A stretch of 63,559 nucleotides of DNA, counting the filler, from Salisapilia sapeloensis CBS 127946 (taxonomy: Eukaryota; Protista; Oomycota): assembly GCA_023334545.1 (NCBI GenBank). It is 14 parts of 14 records of this genome, joined end to end, with 100 filler letters (N's around TTAATTAATTAA, not from the genome) between each part and the next. Parts side by side here need not be neighbours in the genome. Positions count along the whole stretch, not along the records: positions 1 to 3,305 come from JAADVB010000767.1; positions 3,406 to 9,156 come from JAADVB010000595.1; positions 9,257 to 11,607 come from JAADVB010000915.1; positions 11,708 to 13,057 come from JAADVB010001182.1; 10 more parts are not named here. One strand, given 5' to 3'. The notes under the pieces are model-generated. The model saw nothing but the letters and a program-made list of their open reading frames with translations. It had not been told where the DNA came from and ran no database searches. Position numbers and translations under genes: made by a program. Below are positions 1 through 11,848 of the stretch, piece after piece (the stretch's first letter is position 1; each line of letters begins with the position of its first letter).

Positions 1-2
1 CG

Positions 3-3000
3 TTTCTCCATCGCCTCGCGTCCAGCTGCCCCAGTCTGCTGCTCGAACGCAGTCAGCAAGTGACCACGAGCGTGCTACAGCTCCTCTGGACCATCCAGCT
101 CTACTGCTCCGTCGAAAGCTTACGCCTTACGCGACAGCTGCGAGACTTTTTCCTCGAAGGCCTACGCGCTCCTTTCGGTCAGCCGCTACGGCAGCAACTG
201 CTGAACGAGTGCATCGACGGACTGAAGGCGTCGGCTGCAGGAGAGACGACGGTGGAGGAGGAGCCGCTACTGACGCCGGATGAAGCCGCCACCAAGTTCC
301 TTGAGCTGCTCAAGTTCCTCGTCGAGTCCTATCGAGCCGACCAGGCCGTCATCGTCGAAGAGCTCGAGCAGCAGCATGCGCTCGTGCAGCTCTTGTTCCA
401 GGAACTCGCAGCCTTCTCGTCTCGATCCACCGACAAGACGTCCATGGCGTATCGCAACGCAATCGGCCATCGCTTAGAGCTCCTGCACTATGTCCACGTG
501 ACATCCAGTAAGCTAGAGCTGTCGGTTTCGCAGATCGAGGAGCTCTGGGGCATCCTATCGTCTCCTACCGAACGAGAGTTCTGCCTCATCTTCTTCAACC
601 AGAGCTGCGCCAAACCCCCCTCTTCATCCTTCACACCCGACACGTCCACGCCTCCTTCTGCGTTCGGCGTACAAGTTTGTCAGCATGTCTTCCAGCTCCT
701 ATGTGAACAAGTCGACTTCGAAACACTCAGCTCCGTCGGGTACAAGTGCTTCCACACGTACTTTACGCGCCTCAACGCTGCTCCGACTCCTTCTGCCGAG
801 AACGCTCTCCAAGTCGTCGGTCTAGATGCCCTCTGGCGCATCGCCTTTCGTGCTCCTGTCGACGTCTCGGAGCTCGCGACGAAGGAACTGCTGAGCGTCT
901 ATGAAGGCTATGCGGCCGACCAGCAGCGACTCGGCAGCGCCCAGGCCGTCGAGACGAGCGTCAAGGACTTCCTCGACCGCGTCTTTGAGCAGCTCGCGAC
1001 CGTCGAGGACGCTTCACCATCCAGTCTGCTGCTCGTACAGCAGTGCACGAGTCTCCTGGACGGCCTCGTCGCCACCACGCGCATCCCGCAGGCCTTTGTG
1101 TCGCACGGACGAAGCGGCCGCGGCGCAGAGTTCACGCTCAAGGTCGTCGTCCAGCGCATCCCGGCGTCGTCTTCCGGAGCGCCTGGCGGTCCCCTGAACT
1201 CGTCCGACAATGCCGTCCGCACCATGTTCATCACCGTCCACGCGAACGAGACGCTGCAGCAGTTGCGACAGAGCCTCGAGACCAGTTTGGGCCATCCGCT
1301 GCAGCAGACCAAGCTCCTGAGCAGTGGCGCGGCCGTCACAGGTGACAAGAAGACGCTGTCGGAGCTCCGGCTGACAGATGCGAGCGAAGTCCGCGTCCTG
1401 CTCTTCCAATGGGTCGTCCAACGTGCACCTGCGTCGCCTATCGACCACACGATGGACTCGAGCTCGGAGGACGTCGAACACCCGGCAGAGGTCCTCGCGA
1501 GCGACTTTGCCTACTTTGAAACGTTCTTCCGCGTCCTCGACCTTATGCCGACGCATGCAGCACACACGCAGCTCTGGGAGTTCCTACGCAAGATCCCGAC
1601 AAACAAGCAACTGCTGGAACGCGTCTCGACCATCGGCAGTCCATCGGACACGTCCGACTGGTCGTCTGTCCTGCAGAACGTCCCGCAGCATCAAGCAGTC
1701 TACACGCTCCAGATCATGGACGCACTCCTCCTCCCGTCCGATCCGCGCAAGACAGAGTTTGCGCAGACGTACCTCGAACGCTTTGCCAGTGGAGGAGGCT
1801 TCCGACAGGTGCTACAGTTCTTCCTCGACGCAGACCTGCACCAAGCGTCCTTCAATCAAGGCCCGGCCGTCGCACTGCGTATCCTCAAGTTCGGACTCTT
1901 TGACCATGCAAACGACCGGCTGACGGATGCAGACGATGACGTTCCGACGCTCCACTTGGACGTGACGACGGAGGACTATGCGCATCTGGCCGCCAAGATC
2001 GGACAACTCGTCGTGTCCGAGCATCAAGGCGCGAGCGATGACCAGGAGATGGCGCGCACCATGACGAACGCGCTCAAGATGGTCCAGTCCATCGTCCACG
2101 CCGCTCCGTCTGCCGCAGACGCGTTCCTGGCGGCCGACAAGCTCCAATCGATCGTCGTTAGCGTTCTCCTCAGGACCCAGAGCGACCTCGTGCGAGACCA
2201 CTGGGTCGCGACGCTCCAGTCCATGTGCACCGCCAGCAGCAGCGCCGCCGACGCCGTCTTTGCCCAGTTCGTGCACTCGGTCCCGCAGCTAGAAGAGCTT
2301 GACGCTCCGTGCGAGCAGTACGTCCGCATGCTCCAGTTCCTCGCGCGCATTGAGGCAGAGGAAACCAAGTGCCGGACGCTGGCGCACGACGTCCTCTCCA
2401 AGCTTCAACGAGGCTTCTCGAGCAAGTTCCTCGCCTGTAACGAGTACGCGCCAGAGCTGCTAGTAGGTCTTTTAGATTTCTTACGTGACGTTTTGCATTG
2501 CCACGTTGCCATACGCAAAGAGATGGCGCACGAGGTGCTGCACGTCATGTATGACGACTGTCTCTTCGCTCTCCCGTCTGCGCATCGTCGACGAGGTCCT
2601 CTGTGCGTCTCGCTGGACGCTCGGCGTGCTGCCTTCAAAGTCCTCGCGACAGCCGTGTCGACGGACGTGGAGCGCATGAGCCTCTTGCATGAAAAGCTCG
2701 AGAGCCTGTTCTCCAAGTGCGACAGTCGGGAGCTCAAGTGGGGCCACGAGAGCCACCAGATCGAGACGAGGGGCAACGCAGAGCACGTCGGCATGAAGAA
2801 CCAAGGATGCACCTGCTACATGAACTCGTTCATGCAGCAGCTATTCATGTACCCTCGCTTGCGCCAAGGACTCTTGCGCGCACAAGTGCCTCCTCGACCG
2901 TCGCCAAAGGAGCCGACGGACAGCGAAGTCGAAGTCGACCCGTCGAGACTCGTCGGCTGTCGCGTCGCGCTCGAGTGTCTCGGCAATCGCGTCTACGAAG

Positions 3001-3305
3001 CGTCTGTCGTGGCGTATGATGAACTGACGGGACAGCACACTGTCCGTCGCGAGAATGGTGCAGAATCCACCTTTATCCTGTCGGAAGGTCGTCCTGGCAA
3101 CGAGAATGGACGCTACGCGATCCTCCCGACGGAAGTTTCGGACCAAGAAGCGACGTTGGAGGTCCTGCGGCAAGTCCAGCGCACCTTTTGCTACCTCCGA
3201 GACAGCGAGATGCGCTACTTTGACACCAAGGCGCTCGTGGAGGCTTGCAACTGCCTCAACCTCGAGTTCAGCGTCTACCAGCAGAACGACGCGAGTGAGT
3301 TTTGC
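3..3305 (+). CDS. Ubiquitin C-terminal hydrolase, USP9X/USP24/USP34-like (partial at both ends)
   Basis: Frame is open from position 3 to the spacer. Helical region, then a ubiquitin-like domain (~1215-1404, ...TLSELRLTDASEVRVLL). USP Cys box GMKNQGCTCYMNSFMQQLF (catalytic Cys codon 2814-2816) and QQNDASEF box just before the gap. Confidence 0.9.
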
Positions 3306-3405
3306 NNNNNNNNNNNNNNNNNNNNNNNNNNNNNNNNNNNNNNNNNNNNTTAATTAATTAANNNNNNNNNNNNNNNNNNNNNNNNNNNNNNNNNNNNNNN
3401 NNNNN
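3306..3405. other. Artificial contig spacer (44 N + TTAATTAATTAA + 44 N)
   Basis: Fixed 100-bp layout with stops in all six frames; repeated identically 13 times in the window. Confidence 0.98.
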
Positions 3406-3431
3406 AACACAACTTTTGTCAGTGCACTTAC

Positions 3432-3595
3432 ATTGTCGTCGTGTTACGTGGAAATGTCATGCTCGATAGCTTCTTATCGTCGATGCCTTGATTAGCATAT
3501 TTCCCATAAGAAGATTGGGTATGCTCAGCATAAATGCCTGCAAATGCCGAGAGCAAGAGGAAAGCATATATGATTTCTCGACTGATGTACTTCAT
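3432..3595 (-). CDS. First exon of a putative secreted protein (remainder lost in gap)
   Basis: ATG at 3595 gives MKYISREIIYAFLLLSAFAGIYA (signal-peptide-like). Inr-like TTCATTCAACC lies just upstream. GTAAGT donor at 3431 is followed by a CTGAC branch-like motif. Confidence 0.4.
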
Positions 3596-4393
3596 CGTGG
3601 TTGAATGAACGAAGTGGTTGCTGATGAGAACATCGTGAAGTGAGGATAATGAACAATGTTCAAAATGTCGATCAATGCAGAGTGAGACATCGGAGGGAAA
3701 TCTCACTTCGAAAGGTACAATGCGTTGATAGTATATCAACGCTTAAGCTAAAGTCACGTTGGTCGAAGTTCTTTCGTGCCATGTGCGGTCGGGAACCTAT
3801 ATAATGCATCATCGAACGCGCTCAAACAATCTATAAATAAACTTGTTCATCAAATTGAATGGCGGAATCAAGTTGAGTACCTTCTAGTAGCATGAACGAA
3901 GGAATCTGTGCCTATCCTAAAATTTTGTACCCGCAATGATATTTATCGAGCATTGTATAGATATAGAGCCAGACGGGCGGAGTTTGCCTGGTGTAAAGTC
4001 TTTTGAGGTAAAATAGAAATTGATACGTTTAATTTCACCTTCGAAATTTATATGTAGTCGGCGAAAATGCTGTCAACCGTCGACAACTGCGTCGTCGAGT
4101 TAGACGTAAAGCTACACATTTACAACGATGGCATCAGCAAATCAGAGCCGTTGCTTGCGAAATCAATGTCTGCTCATTGATACATCACCTAGAACTTTGG
4201 ACGAAATAGCAGGTCTGGCGGATAGTATATTCATAAATACGCAGAGAAGCTTCTAAGCTCTCGTGACTGTTCCGCGTACAGCGTTTACTAGTGTACAACG
4301 ACGGATGTCTAAATACATTCATCAATGGTATCGCTACGGGCCCTCGGCAATCTGAGACCCGACCAAGACCCCAGGGAAGGTCTTCCTACGTTT

Positions 4394-4560
4394 GGAGGGG
4401 AAATATGTTGAGACAAACTCGACCCCAACCGGTTATTCTCATTCACTTTGCTTGATCAATATTGTCTAGATAAGTAGTTACGTAATAGATGGTTGGTTTT
4501 ATCTCATTTATAAATATACCTATAGAAAACATAAAAACAGGCCATTAAGAGAAATTAACC
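4394..4560 (+). mobile_element. Possible LTR-retrotransposon 3' relic (PPT + LTR start)
   Basis: Purine tract GGAGGGGAAA followed by TA-TGTTG and AT-rich TATA-like sequence. No second LTR or coding sequence seen. Confidence 0.2.
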
Positions 4561-4709
4561 CATATGCATGTTTTAAATCAGCAGGTTACCATTAAAGTTG
4601 ACATTGAGAATCTGAGGTCATCACATCCCATCATGAACTCAAGAGCTAAAATTGACATCTTTAAATCCATTTTATCGTTCAATTCTCCCTACACTGTCCG
4701 TATAATGTG

Positions 4710-5661
4710 CTAGATCCACAAATAAATGTCTGATACACGGAGGAAAATCCCAGGAGCTTTCCCACAGATTCCAATCACCGCCTCGCGATTCTAATTTGCT
4801 TACCTTGATACATTAATGGGCCGCCGGAGTCTCCGTTGCATACCCCTGTTTCAGGTTTTGGTAGACCTCTCCACTCACCCATACCGGCGCAAAAATAATT
4901 CAAGTGAATTTGGTCTCCCAACCATGTCTGGCACGATTTCTTTGTCCGAAGCTTTAGTCATGTATGTTTTAGTCGATCTGGATATGAATATGCTAGCGGT
5001 GAATCGCTTCTCTTCTATATAGTCTTGATGGCCCCCAGCCATATGCATCCGCTTCTGGTGCATGCGGATGTGTCGATTCCTCTGGCTTATTATATGATGT
5101 CGCATATCTGGCGAATCGACGATACTTCTTAGATACCGCGCGGCAAAGCACAAGGACACCTGTGTCGTATTCAGCAAGATCACTCTCCCTGTCCATTTTA
5201 TATTTGGGATAAGGTATGATTTCGCTTACTTTGATCCGTTCGCCGACGTCGACTCCGGAACTGGCGTTGCTACCAATGGAAGCGTATAGACTGTTTAGAG
5301 TTTCATAGCCCGCAATAACTCCTTTTCCATTCAAAATGTCTTCGGTTATGCAGTGTGCTGCTGTTAAGACTAGTCGATTTGTGAGAAGTGTTTCGCCACA
5401 AACGTTCGGCCCATCTATTGCTTCGCGTATGCCGACCATGAAAGGAACCAATTTCCATCGAAAGTTTTCGCCAGTATAGATTCGGTTAATGGCATCATGT
5501 GCTGAGGTAGGATCGACTTTTCTCATTAAATCTCTACTTGAAGCGCTTTGAATTATCTCACTTTTTGTTCCGCTTGTAACTTTCACAGTAGTGAAGACAA
5601 GATAGATTTTGAAGAATAGAAGGCTCGAAATACCACGATGGAGTGCACGTCTACTTTGCAT
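4710..5661 (-). pseudogene. Trypsin-like (S1A) serine protease pseudogene
   Basis: Signal-like N-terminus, LTAAHC (His 5353-5355), YDTGVLVL and GWG. Then a frameshift, an in-frame TGA (DRLKHT*LKL), FCAGMG and CNGDSGGPL (GDSGGP 4817-4834). A second frameshift precedes CGKAPGIFLRVSDIYLWI. Confidence 0.88.
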
Positions 5662-6455
5662 TGTATAGTTGCTGTGGCCTCACCCGTTTTAATATCGTAC
5701 GGGCTTTGGTTTCAATTACGTGAAAAATCTATAGTGATCATTCAGCAATGTATGCACGGTATCCAGGGGTGTATCGCCGCAATGAACGGTAAATTAATGC
5801 TTTGGATTTAATGGCAAACTAAACCGTGGCCTCATTACCACGATTGATAACACAAATCTTAGTTTTATTCAAACGTAGACGATATGTGTTTCAGACTCTC
5901 GTTTCAGCCTGTATAAAACGAATATATAAATCGAAATTGAGTGCACACATTGCATTTGCAGAACAAGGTTTAAGCCAAAGTCTTGAGGTTATGCATTCAC
6001 TAGCCTTGTCTCTTCCTTCAATTTTACTTGTACGCAGTAAATTGCGTTTTTGTCAATACGAGGAGAAGACATCGACATCTCATGACGCAATACAGATGTC
6101 TTCTAATTGACAAATGGTCAGAGAAAGGTATTCTTCCGATTGACGCTATTAGTTACAAGAACTAAATACCTTATTTTATGGAAATCAAAGGCCAATGCTT
6201 GTACCAGCATCATCGGTCTATTTGATTTGAGATTAATGAATACGGATTTCATGCATGTGTCACACATGTAGCAGCATCAAGAGTGGCGCTATAGTGCCGC
6301 TTTTCGAGACACTTTAATCAAATATTTTTTAACTTGAATAGTCCAGCATTTTACATATAGGTAAGCGTAAGGAGCTCCAATCCTTTGCAACAACAAAAAC
6401 CGTGCGCTAATCGTGTGGCAAAATATTGATCCTATCATTTTCAATATAAAAGTAA

Positions 6456-6535
6456 TGGCCACTGTGGGATTCGAACCCACGCCCTTTCGGACCAGTGCCT
6501 TAAACTGGCGCCTTAGACCGCTCGGCCAAGTGACC
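6456..6535 (-). tRNA. tRNA-Leu(AAG)
   Basis: GGTCACT/AGTGGCC acceptor stem with discriminator A. D-arm TGGCCGAGCGGTCTAAGGC; anticodon stem CCAGT/ACTGG with loop TT-AAG-GC; long variable arm; T-loop GGTTCGAATCC; T-run terminator downstream. Confidence 0.96.
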
Positions 6536-6986
6536 TTGTGATAAAGTTGCAGTCAATGTAGTATAAAAACAACATTATTGAACAATTACTTTGCTAGATT
6601 CAACTTTTTTAGCTCGCTTTGTACAGGTAGCTTCAAATGGATGCAAAAGCTTGGATATTTCCTTTAGGTATAAGACGCTTCGAGAATGCTGCTGGAGACT
6701 TGGTGACTACACCTACTCTCACCTGTCATGGACAGATCGAAGCAATTGATGTGGCATGCTCAAAAAATCACGAACAAAAGCACATGGAACTTTAGAAAGC
6801 ATTAAAACTAACAAAGAGCTCTACTATAGTTATGCTAGTCTACCAGGAAAAGCAGTAAGTACTCAGGTAGACACCAAAAGTAAACTCGAACGACATTTCA
6901 CCTTGATCGCAGTTTACGCAAACATGATATAGCCCTTTCAAATCGAATACTCGTACAAGTCAGATCGGCGTATCAAAGAGCTCACA

Positions 6987-8636
6987 ATGCACCGACTACC
7001 GCGCCTCCTCTCCTCTCGCGCCGCCTCCAAGGCTTTTGTAATCTCGACTACGGTCGCACTAACTTCCCTTCCATTGCTGACTGTGAACACATCTTCCAAT
7101 GAAGGCATGTACGCGGCCAGTGAGCAATCGAAGGGCACGAATAACCTCCAGGATTTCCTTCCGTCACATCTTCGTGCAGCTTTATCTAAAAAAGAAAAGT
7201 CGGAGGCATCTACCCAGCTGCGGCTGTACAAGCAGAGGAGTCGGGAGCTGAATGGTGTGCGCCAACGATTTAATCGATTCGCTTCGTCAAAGACAAAGGG
7301 CAAAGATGGCCAAGAAGTTGCTGCGATGACCTATACAGACTTTGTCCAGTCCATCACGTTGCCCCATTTCCACATGAAAGAACCTGTGCGTAGTCCTGCA
7401 TACATTATCTGCAGAATTGTATTTAAGGAGGTTTCTATCATGAACGTATGTAGCACCCGGATGTCGAGTACAAGTGTGGATTCGTGGGGAATGCGGAGGG
7501 ACTCATCACGTATGAAGAGTGCTATCTACTCCTCCATCTCTTACAACGTACTAGCTACTCGAGTCGTACTACTAGATCGATCCTAATCGTACCATCATAG
7601 TGCCACTGGAACACTTTGACGTCGCGTTTCGGATGTTCGATCTGAACGGAGATGGAAACGTAGACCGAAAGGAGTTTTTGGAAGTTATGGAGAAGATTCT
7701 GGAGTCCATCGTGAAGAATCATCCGGATGCAGTCTACAAAGCAGGCATTCACCTCTCTCCCTCCGGTACATTTGCAGAACATTCTTCTTTTCCCCACTCT
7801 CTCATTCATCCGTTCTGTTCCATAGATGCGATGCCTCGATTCGTACGAAAGCTGTTTGGTCCGTTTGGAAACAGTCGTATTGAAGCCTCCGAACTGGATT
7901 CTCTCCTAACGTCCTTGCGCCGAGACATTCTTCGAGCTGAATTCGATCTGTACGCGTTTGAAAATGCCAAGAAAGAAAAGGTGATTTCCGTCCATGACTT
8001 TGCCGTCACGATGCTGTCTGCGTTGGAAGCGGATCGATTGGAACCTTTGCTACCGAAGCTGCAGGACCTCGTACATAGCGATGTAAGCTGCATGTCAAAA
8101 GCTGTGGTAGCTACATTCTCATGCTTGGTGATAGGAGGTGGTTACGTGGGAGGACTTTTATATGTTCCATAGAACCACTGCGTCGTATGTGAACGACATT
8201 CGAATGGCTTTTGATGTGGTTGGGAAGGAAGAGATCACCGAAGGTACCTTTGCTATGACATTTGACGAGGGCAAGTGCTTTATACGATGTCCTAGATGAC
8301 TTTTTACATGCCGTGAAAGTTGTGACGGGTGTGCAACTGCCGATCTCTGCCGTTAAACTCGCTTTCCATGTCTTTGATATGGATGGTAAGGGACTAGATG
8401 ACGCTCTCTAGGCGAGTAAAATTCTTATCTGTGGCTATAGAGGACATGACGTTAGACCGGAAGGAGTTCATGCGAGTGCTGGAGCGTCGTAGTCACATCA
8501 CGTTAGATCAAGTGAGTCGATTTCTGTTCCTAGACAGGAGATAGTACTGATGGAAGTTTTTATATAGGATGAAGATGGATCTCGCATGAGACGCTTCTGG
8601 AAGTGTGTGAAAAAGGCACGAAAGGAAATGTTTTAG
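6987..8636 (+). CDS. MICU1: Mitochondrial calcium uptake protein 1-like EF-hand protein (multi-exon)
   Basis: Arg/Ser/Leu-rich presequence, AAMTYTDFVQSI, EF-hand DLNGDGNVDRKEF, ISVHDFA and terminal RRFWKCVKK...MF*. Short GT-AG introns, e.g. 7386-7453, 7548-7600, 7766-7825. Confidence 0.85.
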
Positions 8637-9156
8637 ACATGTTCGCAGTTGTGATCTGAATACTTTTCATGAAATGAGAACATTTTGTTTTGTTTCTGTG
8701 AAGATAGGATGGAATTGGAGATGGATTGTACTGCCATAAAACCGCCTCGTATCTGTCTGTCGTTGATATTAGTGTACTTACACCTAGCCATCCTCTCATG
8801 TATGTAGTAACACCTTCTGTGATCGAGGTGCTTTCAAAACGAGGTACGCACGGCATTTCAAGCGCATCCCAGCCTACCAGTTCGTAATCTGCAGATAGGT
8901 GAGGCTGTTGGAGGGTTTGAAGGAGGATAGTTGAAGTATAAAGGCACGACTATCGATAACATAGGCGAATTAGTATTTTTATAAATAGCTTGATATTTGT
9001 AGGATCTTGATGGATGAGTCAGTGGTACATGAGGAATAGGATGTAGTTCAAGTCTTTGAGTTGTTCATGTGGCAGCAGGAAGCCTTTGGATACTCGATAC
9101 AGACAGAATTGTCGCCATGAGTCTCACTTGATGGAAATGTCTGACCATTTACTCAT

Positions 9157-9256
9157 NNNNNNNNNNNNNNNNNNNNNNNNNNNNNNNNNNNNNNNNNNNN
9201 TTAATTAATTAANNNNNNNNNNNNNNNNNNNNNNNNNNNNNNNNNNNNNNNNNNNN
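9157..9256. other. Artificial contig spacer
   Basis: 44 N + TTAATTAATTAA + 44 N. Confidence 0.98.
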
Positions 9257-9835
9257 CTCCGGTGGTCAAGTTCTCGAGCGAGCTGAGTAAGAAGGCGACG
9301 TTGTTGTTGCTTAAAGGAGGGTCTGACAGAAAGACGTTTACACTTAATGGTAGCTAAGATCATTTTCCGATTTTCGGTTTTGAAGTCTTCCCATGCTGTC
9401 ATAGCAGTCTGTGCTGTAAGAGGGGTTTCGCTGTCGGTTGCGGCAATTAGAAGGCTCTGGAGCGTTGCGATTGTATTTTCTCTGATAGCCTCAGCCGCAT
9501 AGACAGGAGGGGGTGAATGTTCTGTGGTTTCTGCGTCCGGATCGGGTCTGTCGGCGATACTAGATAAATCTTCACCCCACTATGATCTGACATTGAGACG
9601 GCAGGAAGAACGTCTAGCTGACGTGTCCACAATGCGGCGCCACTCGATAAATACCATCTATCTAATCTGCTCGATGCATTAACTCCTCCTTGTCGATGGT
9701 AGAAGTACGTGTGTGAGAGATTGCTAGACGAAGCGTTCGGCGAGTGTAAGCGGAGATGGGTAGCGGCATCAAGTAATCCCCATCGTTCAAGTAACAATCT
9801 TAGTTTCGGCGAATCATGCCCATTTGAGGTACTAG
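9257..9835 (-). mobile_element. L1/Tx1-like LINE fragment: C-terminal half of AP endonuclease plus linker, degenerate
   Basis: LERWGLLDA...HTYFYH...SSRLDRWYLS...SMSDHSGV (EEP motifs DR and SDH), followed in a shifted frame by the typical linker AWEDFKTENRK. Confidence 0.8.
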
Positions 9836-9837
9836 GA

Positions 9838-11514
9838 TGGCTGCACCAACTAGAGCTTCTAATCGAATTGCTCATCGTGAATTACCCACCACTTATGATG
9901 GAATCACTACATGCATCCACAGTGCACTTTACGACCAAGCAAGCTACGGATGTGACCGCAGCTATTTCAAACATGGAACTGTCTGTGTCACTGGAGATAG
10001 CAATCGACAATACAGAGGTTTAAACATATAGAGTTACAGCACATGAGGAGCTTAGACAGCGACTGCAATTACATATAGCGCACCCGAATATATTGCTGAC
10101 GATACATCCACATCTGACGCTAAGTCGTTGTGTGTGTGTGTGTCTGTGTCTGTGGATGGGGAATCAACTCTGGGCACAGTCCAGGAGAGTACAACGACAG
10201 CATTACAAGAAATGGGCAACCAGACACTTGCGTCAACAGGGCAATGTGGATTTGCTCAGACGCAAAACTAAATGGAAAACAGCACACTTAGAAGTATTTC
10301 AAGGCCTTAAAATGCTAGACTGGAAACGCATTCGTCGTATAGATGGTATCAGCGCATGGACAAGTCAGCTACTCTATAGGATAAAGCTACATGCATTATC
10401 CCTTTACAATCCAGCTACAGGTTCCAGTGGATGCCCACAAGTTTCATGTGGGCAACTTCGCAACATCGATCTAGGCCACATATTTTTGTTTTGTCCAGCA
10501 GCGCACCGACTGAAGGAAGCCTTCCAACGCGGATGGTGTGAGCTGGGCATGGAACAAACTAATATCATCAAAGCGGTTTTCTCATTGACACTCCACACTT
10601 TCCCACGCGAAGTATTGAATTTAGCGCCTGAAACGAACCTACTAACGACCGAAGCGATTGCAGATTTCAATGAACTGGTCACGGCCGTCCTAGACAAATG
10701 CTGGGCGGACGGAGCAGCAACAATGCTTCACGCGATCTGGAGATGGAGAACAGAACACTTTAATGATAATTCACCAACAAATGAGAATGTGCAAATGGCT
10801 CGAATGCATTACCGCTTACGACAATGCTATACGAATATTCTATACACACTTCCACAGCATAAAACCACTCAGGTTCATCGCTTAGCACTTTGCACGGTTC
10901 ACAGAGCGCTGCCAGGTCAGCAATTTATACCCAGTCATCTACCACCACAGCACAGTGACAAATATGTCATGTTTGTCACTGGTGTCGTCGAGGGAACTAA
11001 AGCAAGTGGTGGCATTGGAGTGGTTATCGTAAAGTTGAGTGCAACCACTACAATGACTCAGGTCTGTTGGGCCACAGGTCAGTCTGCCAACACTGATCAA
11101 CCCATCACCATTTTCGGACTACTTCACCAGGGCTTTTATCTTGGAATCCAAACTTGTATTGCTCGCGACTGGGGACCTCTGCACGTCGCCACCGAGTCGA
11201 AAGCTATTGTTTTCTAATACTCACGACGTAAGCCACCTCGAAGGAAATATCTTCGAAATGCTTTCTGGACATGTTTGCGCTTAGCAGACACCCACAAGGT
11301 CGTCTCTTGGACCGCCACTGACAAGACCTATAATGAGACTGCGTATCGGCTTGCAGCCGACGCGCACAAGGTTCAAGCGTTGATCACGATTGATCTGCAA
11401 ATAGTTGGAGTCCAAGTTCCGATGCCAGACTCGCTCAATCCAATCGTTGCGGGGGATCTTAGCCGATGGTTAGAGCTCACGGACAATGGAGATGTAGAGC
11501 GTAGGCCAACCTAA
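9838..11514 (+). mobile_element. L1-like LINE 3' fragment: zf-RVT zinc finger plus degenerate RNase H
   Basis: CPQVSC-x7-HIFLFC zinc finger and AIWRWR. RNase H-like segments YVMFVTG...GGIGVVIV, LHVATESKAI and TYNETAYRLA with catalytic acidic residues lost. Stops at 10021 and 11215; a (GT)n tract lies inside. Confidence 0.75.
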
Positions 11515-11607
11515 AGATTATGCGTAATGAACGGCGGAGCCAGTGTGATGGCATATGAATAGCGTGTACTGTGAAGGACATTAGACATCGTAAATAACTC
11601 GACGTCA

Positions 11608-11707
11608 NNNNNNNNNNNNNNNNNNNNNNNNNNNNNNNNNNNNNNNNNNNNTTAATTAATTAANNNNNNNNNNNNNNNNNNNNNNNNNNNNNNNNNNNNN
11701 NNNNNNN
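11608..11707. other. Artificial contig spacer
   Basis: 44 N + TTAATTAATTAA + 44 N. Confidence 0.98.
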
Positions 11708-11848
11708 TCGGCATATCCGGCGGTCGGGTCCTTCACAGTCATATCGGTTGCCGAGAGACTTGCGGTCGAGAGGGCCAAAGCTGGAATGAGGAGAAGAGGA
11801 GAAGAGGCGGAGCAACCGGAGCGAAGGAGCGAACGGAGACACAGATGG
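11708..11848. repeat. 141-bp perfect inverted repeat, left arm (contig terminus)
   Basis: Exact reverse complement of 12917-13057; identity stops at the next base. Confidence 0.95.

Noticed and set aside
267-3173. Many overlapping and antisense ORFs in GC-rich genes (also within the KH, CBEL, 34967 and LIG1 genes)
   Set aside because: Expected by-product of high GC3; no motifs.
8640-9156. Possible minus-strand exons (YELVGWDALEMPCV...)
   Set aside because: No consistent spliced frame or recognisable motif could be built.
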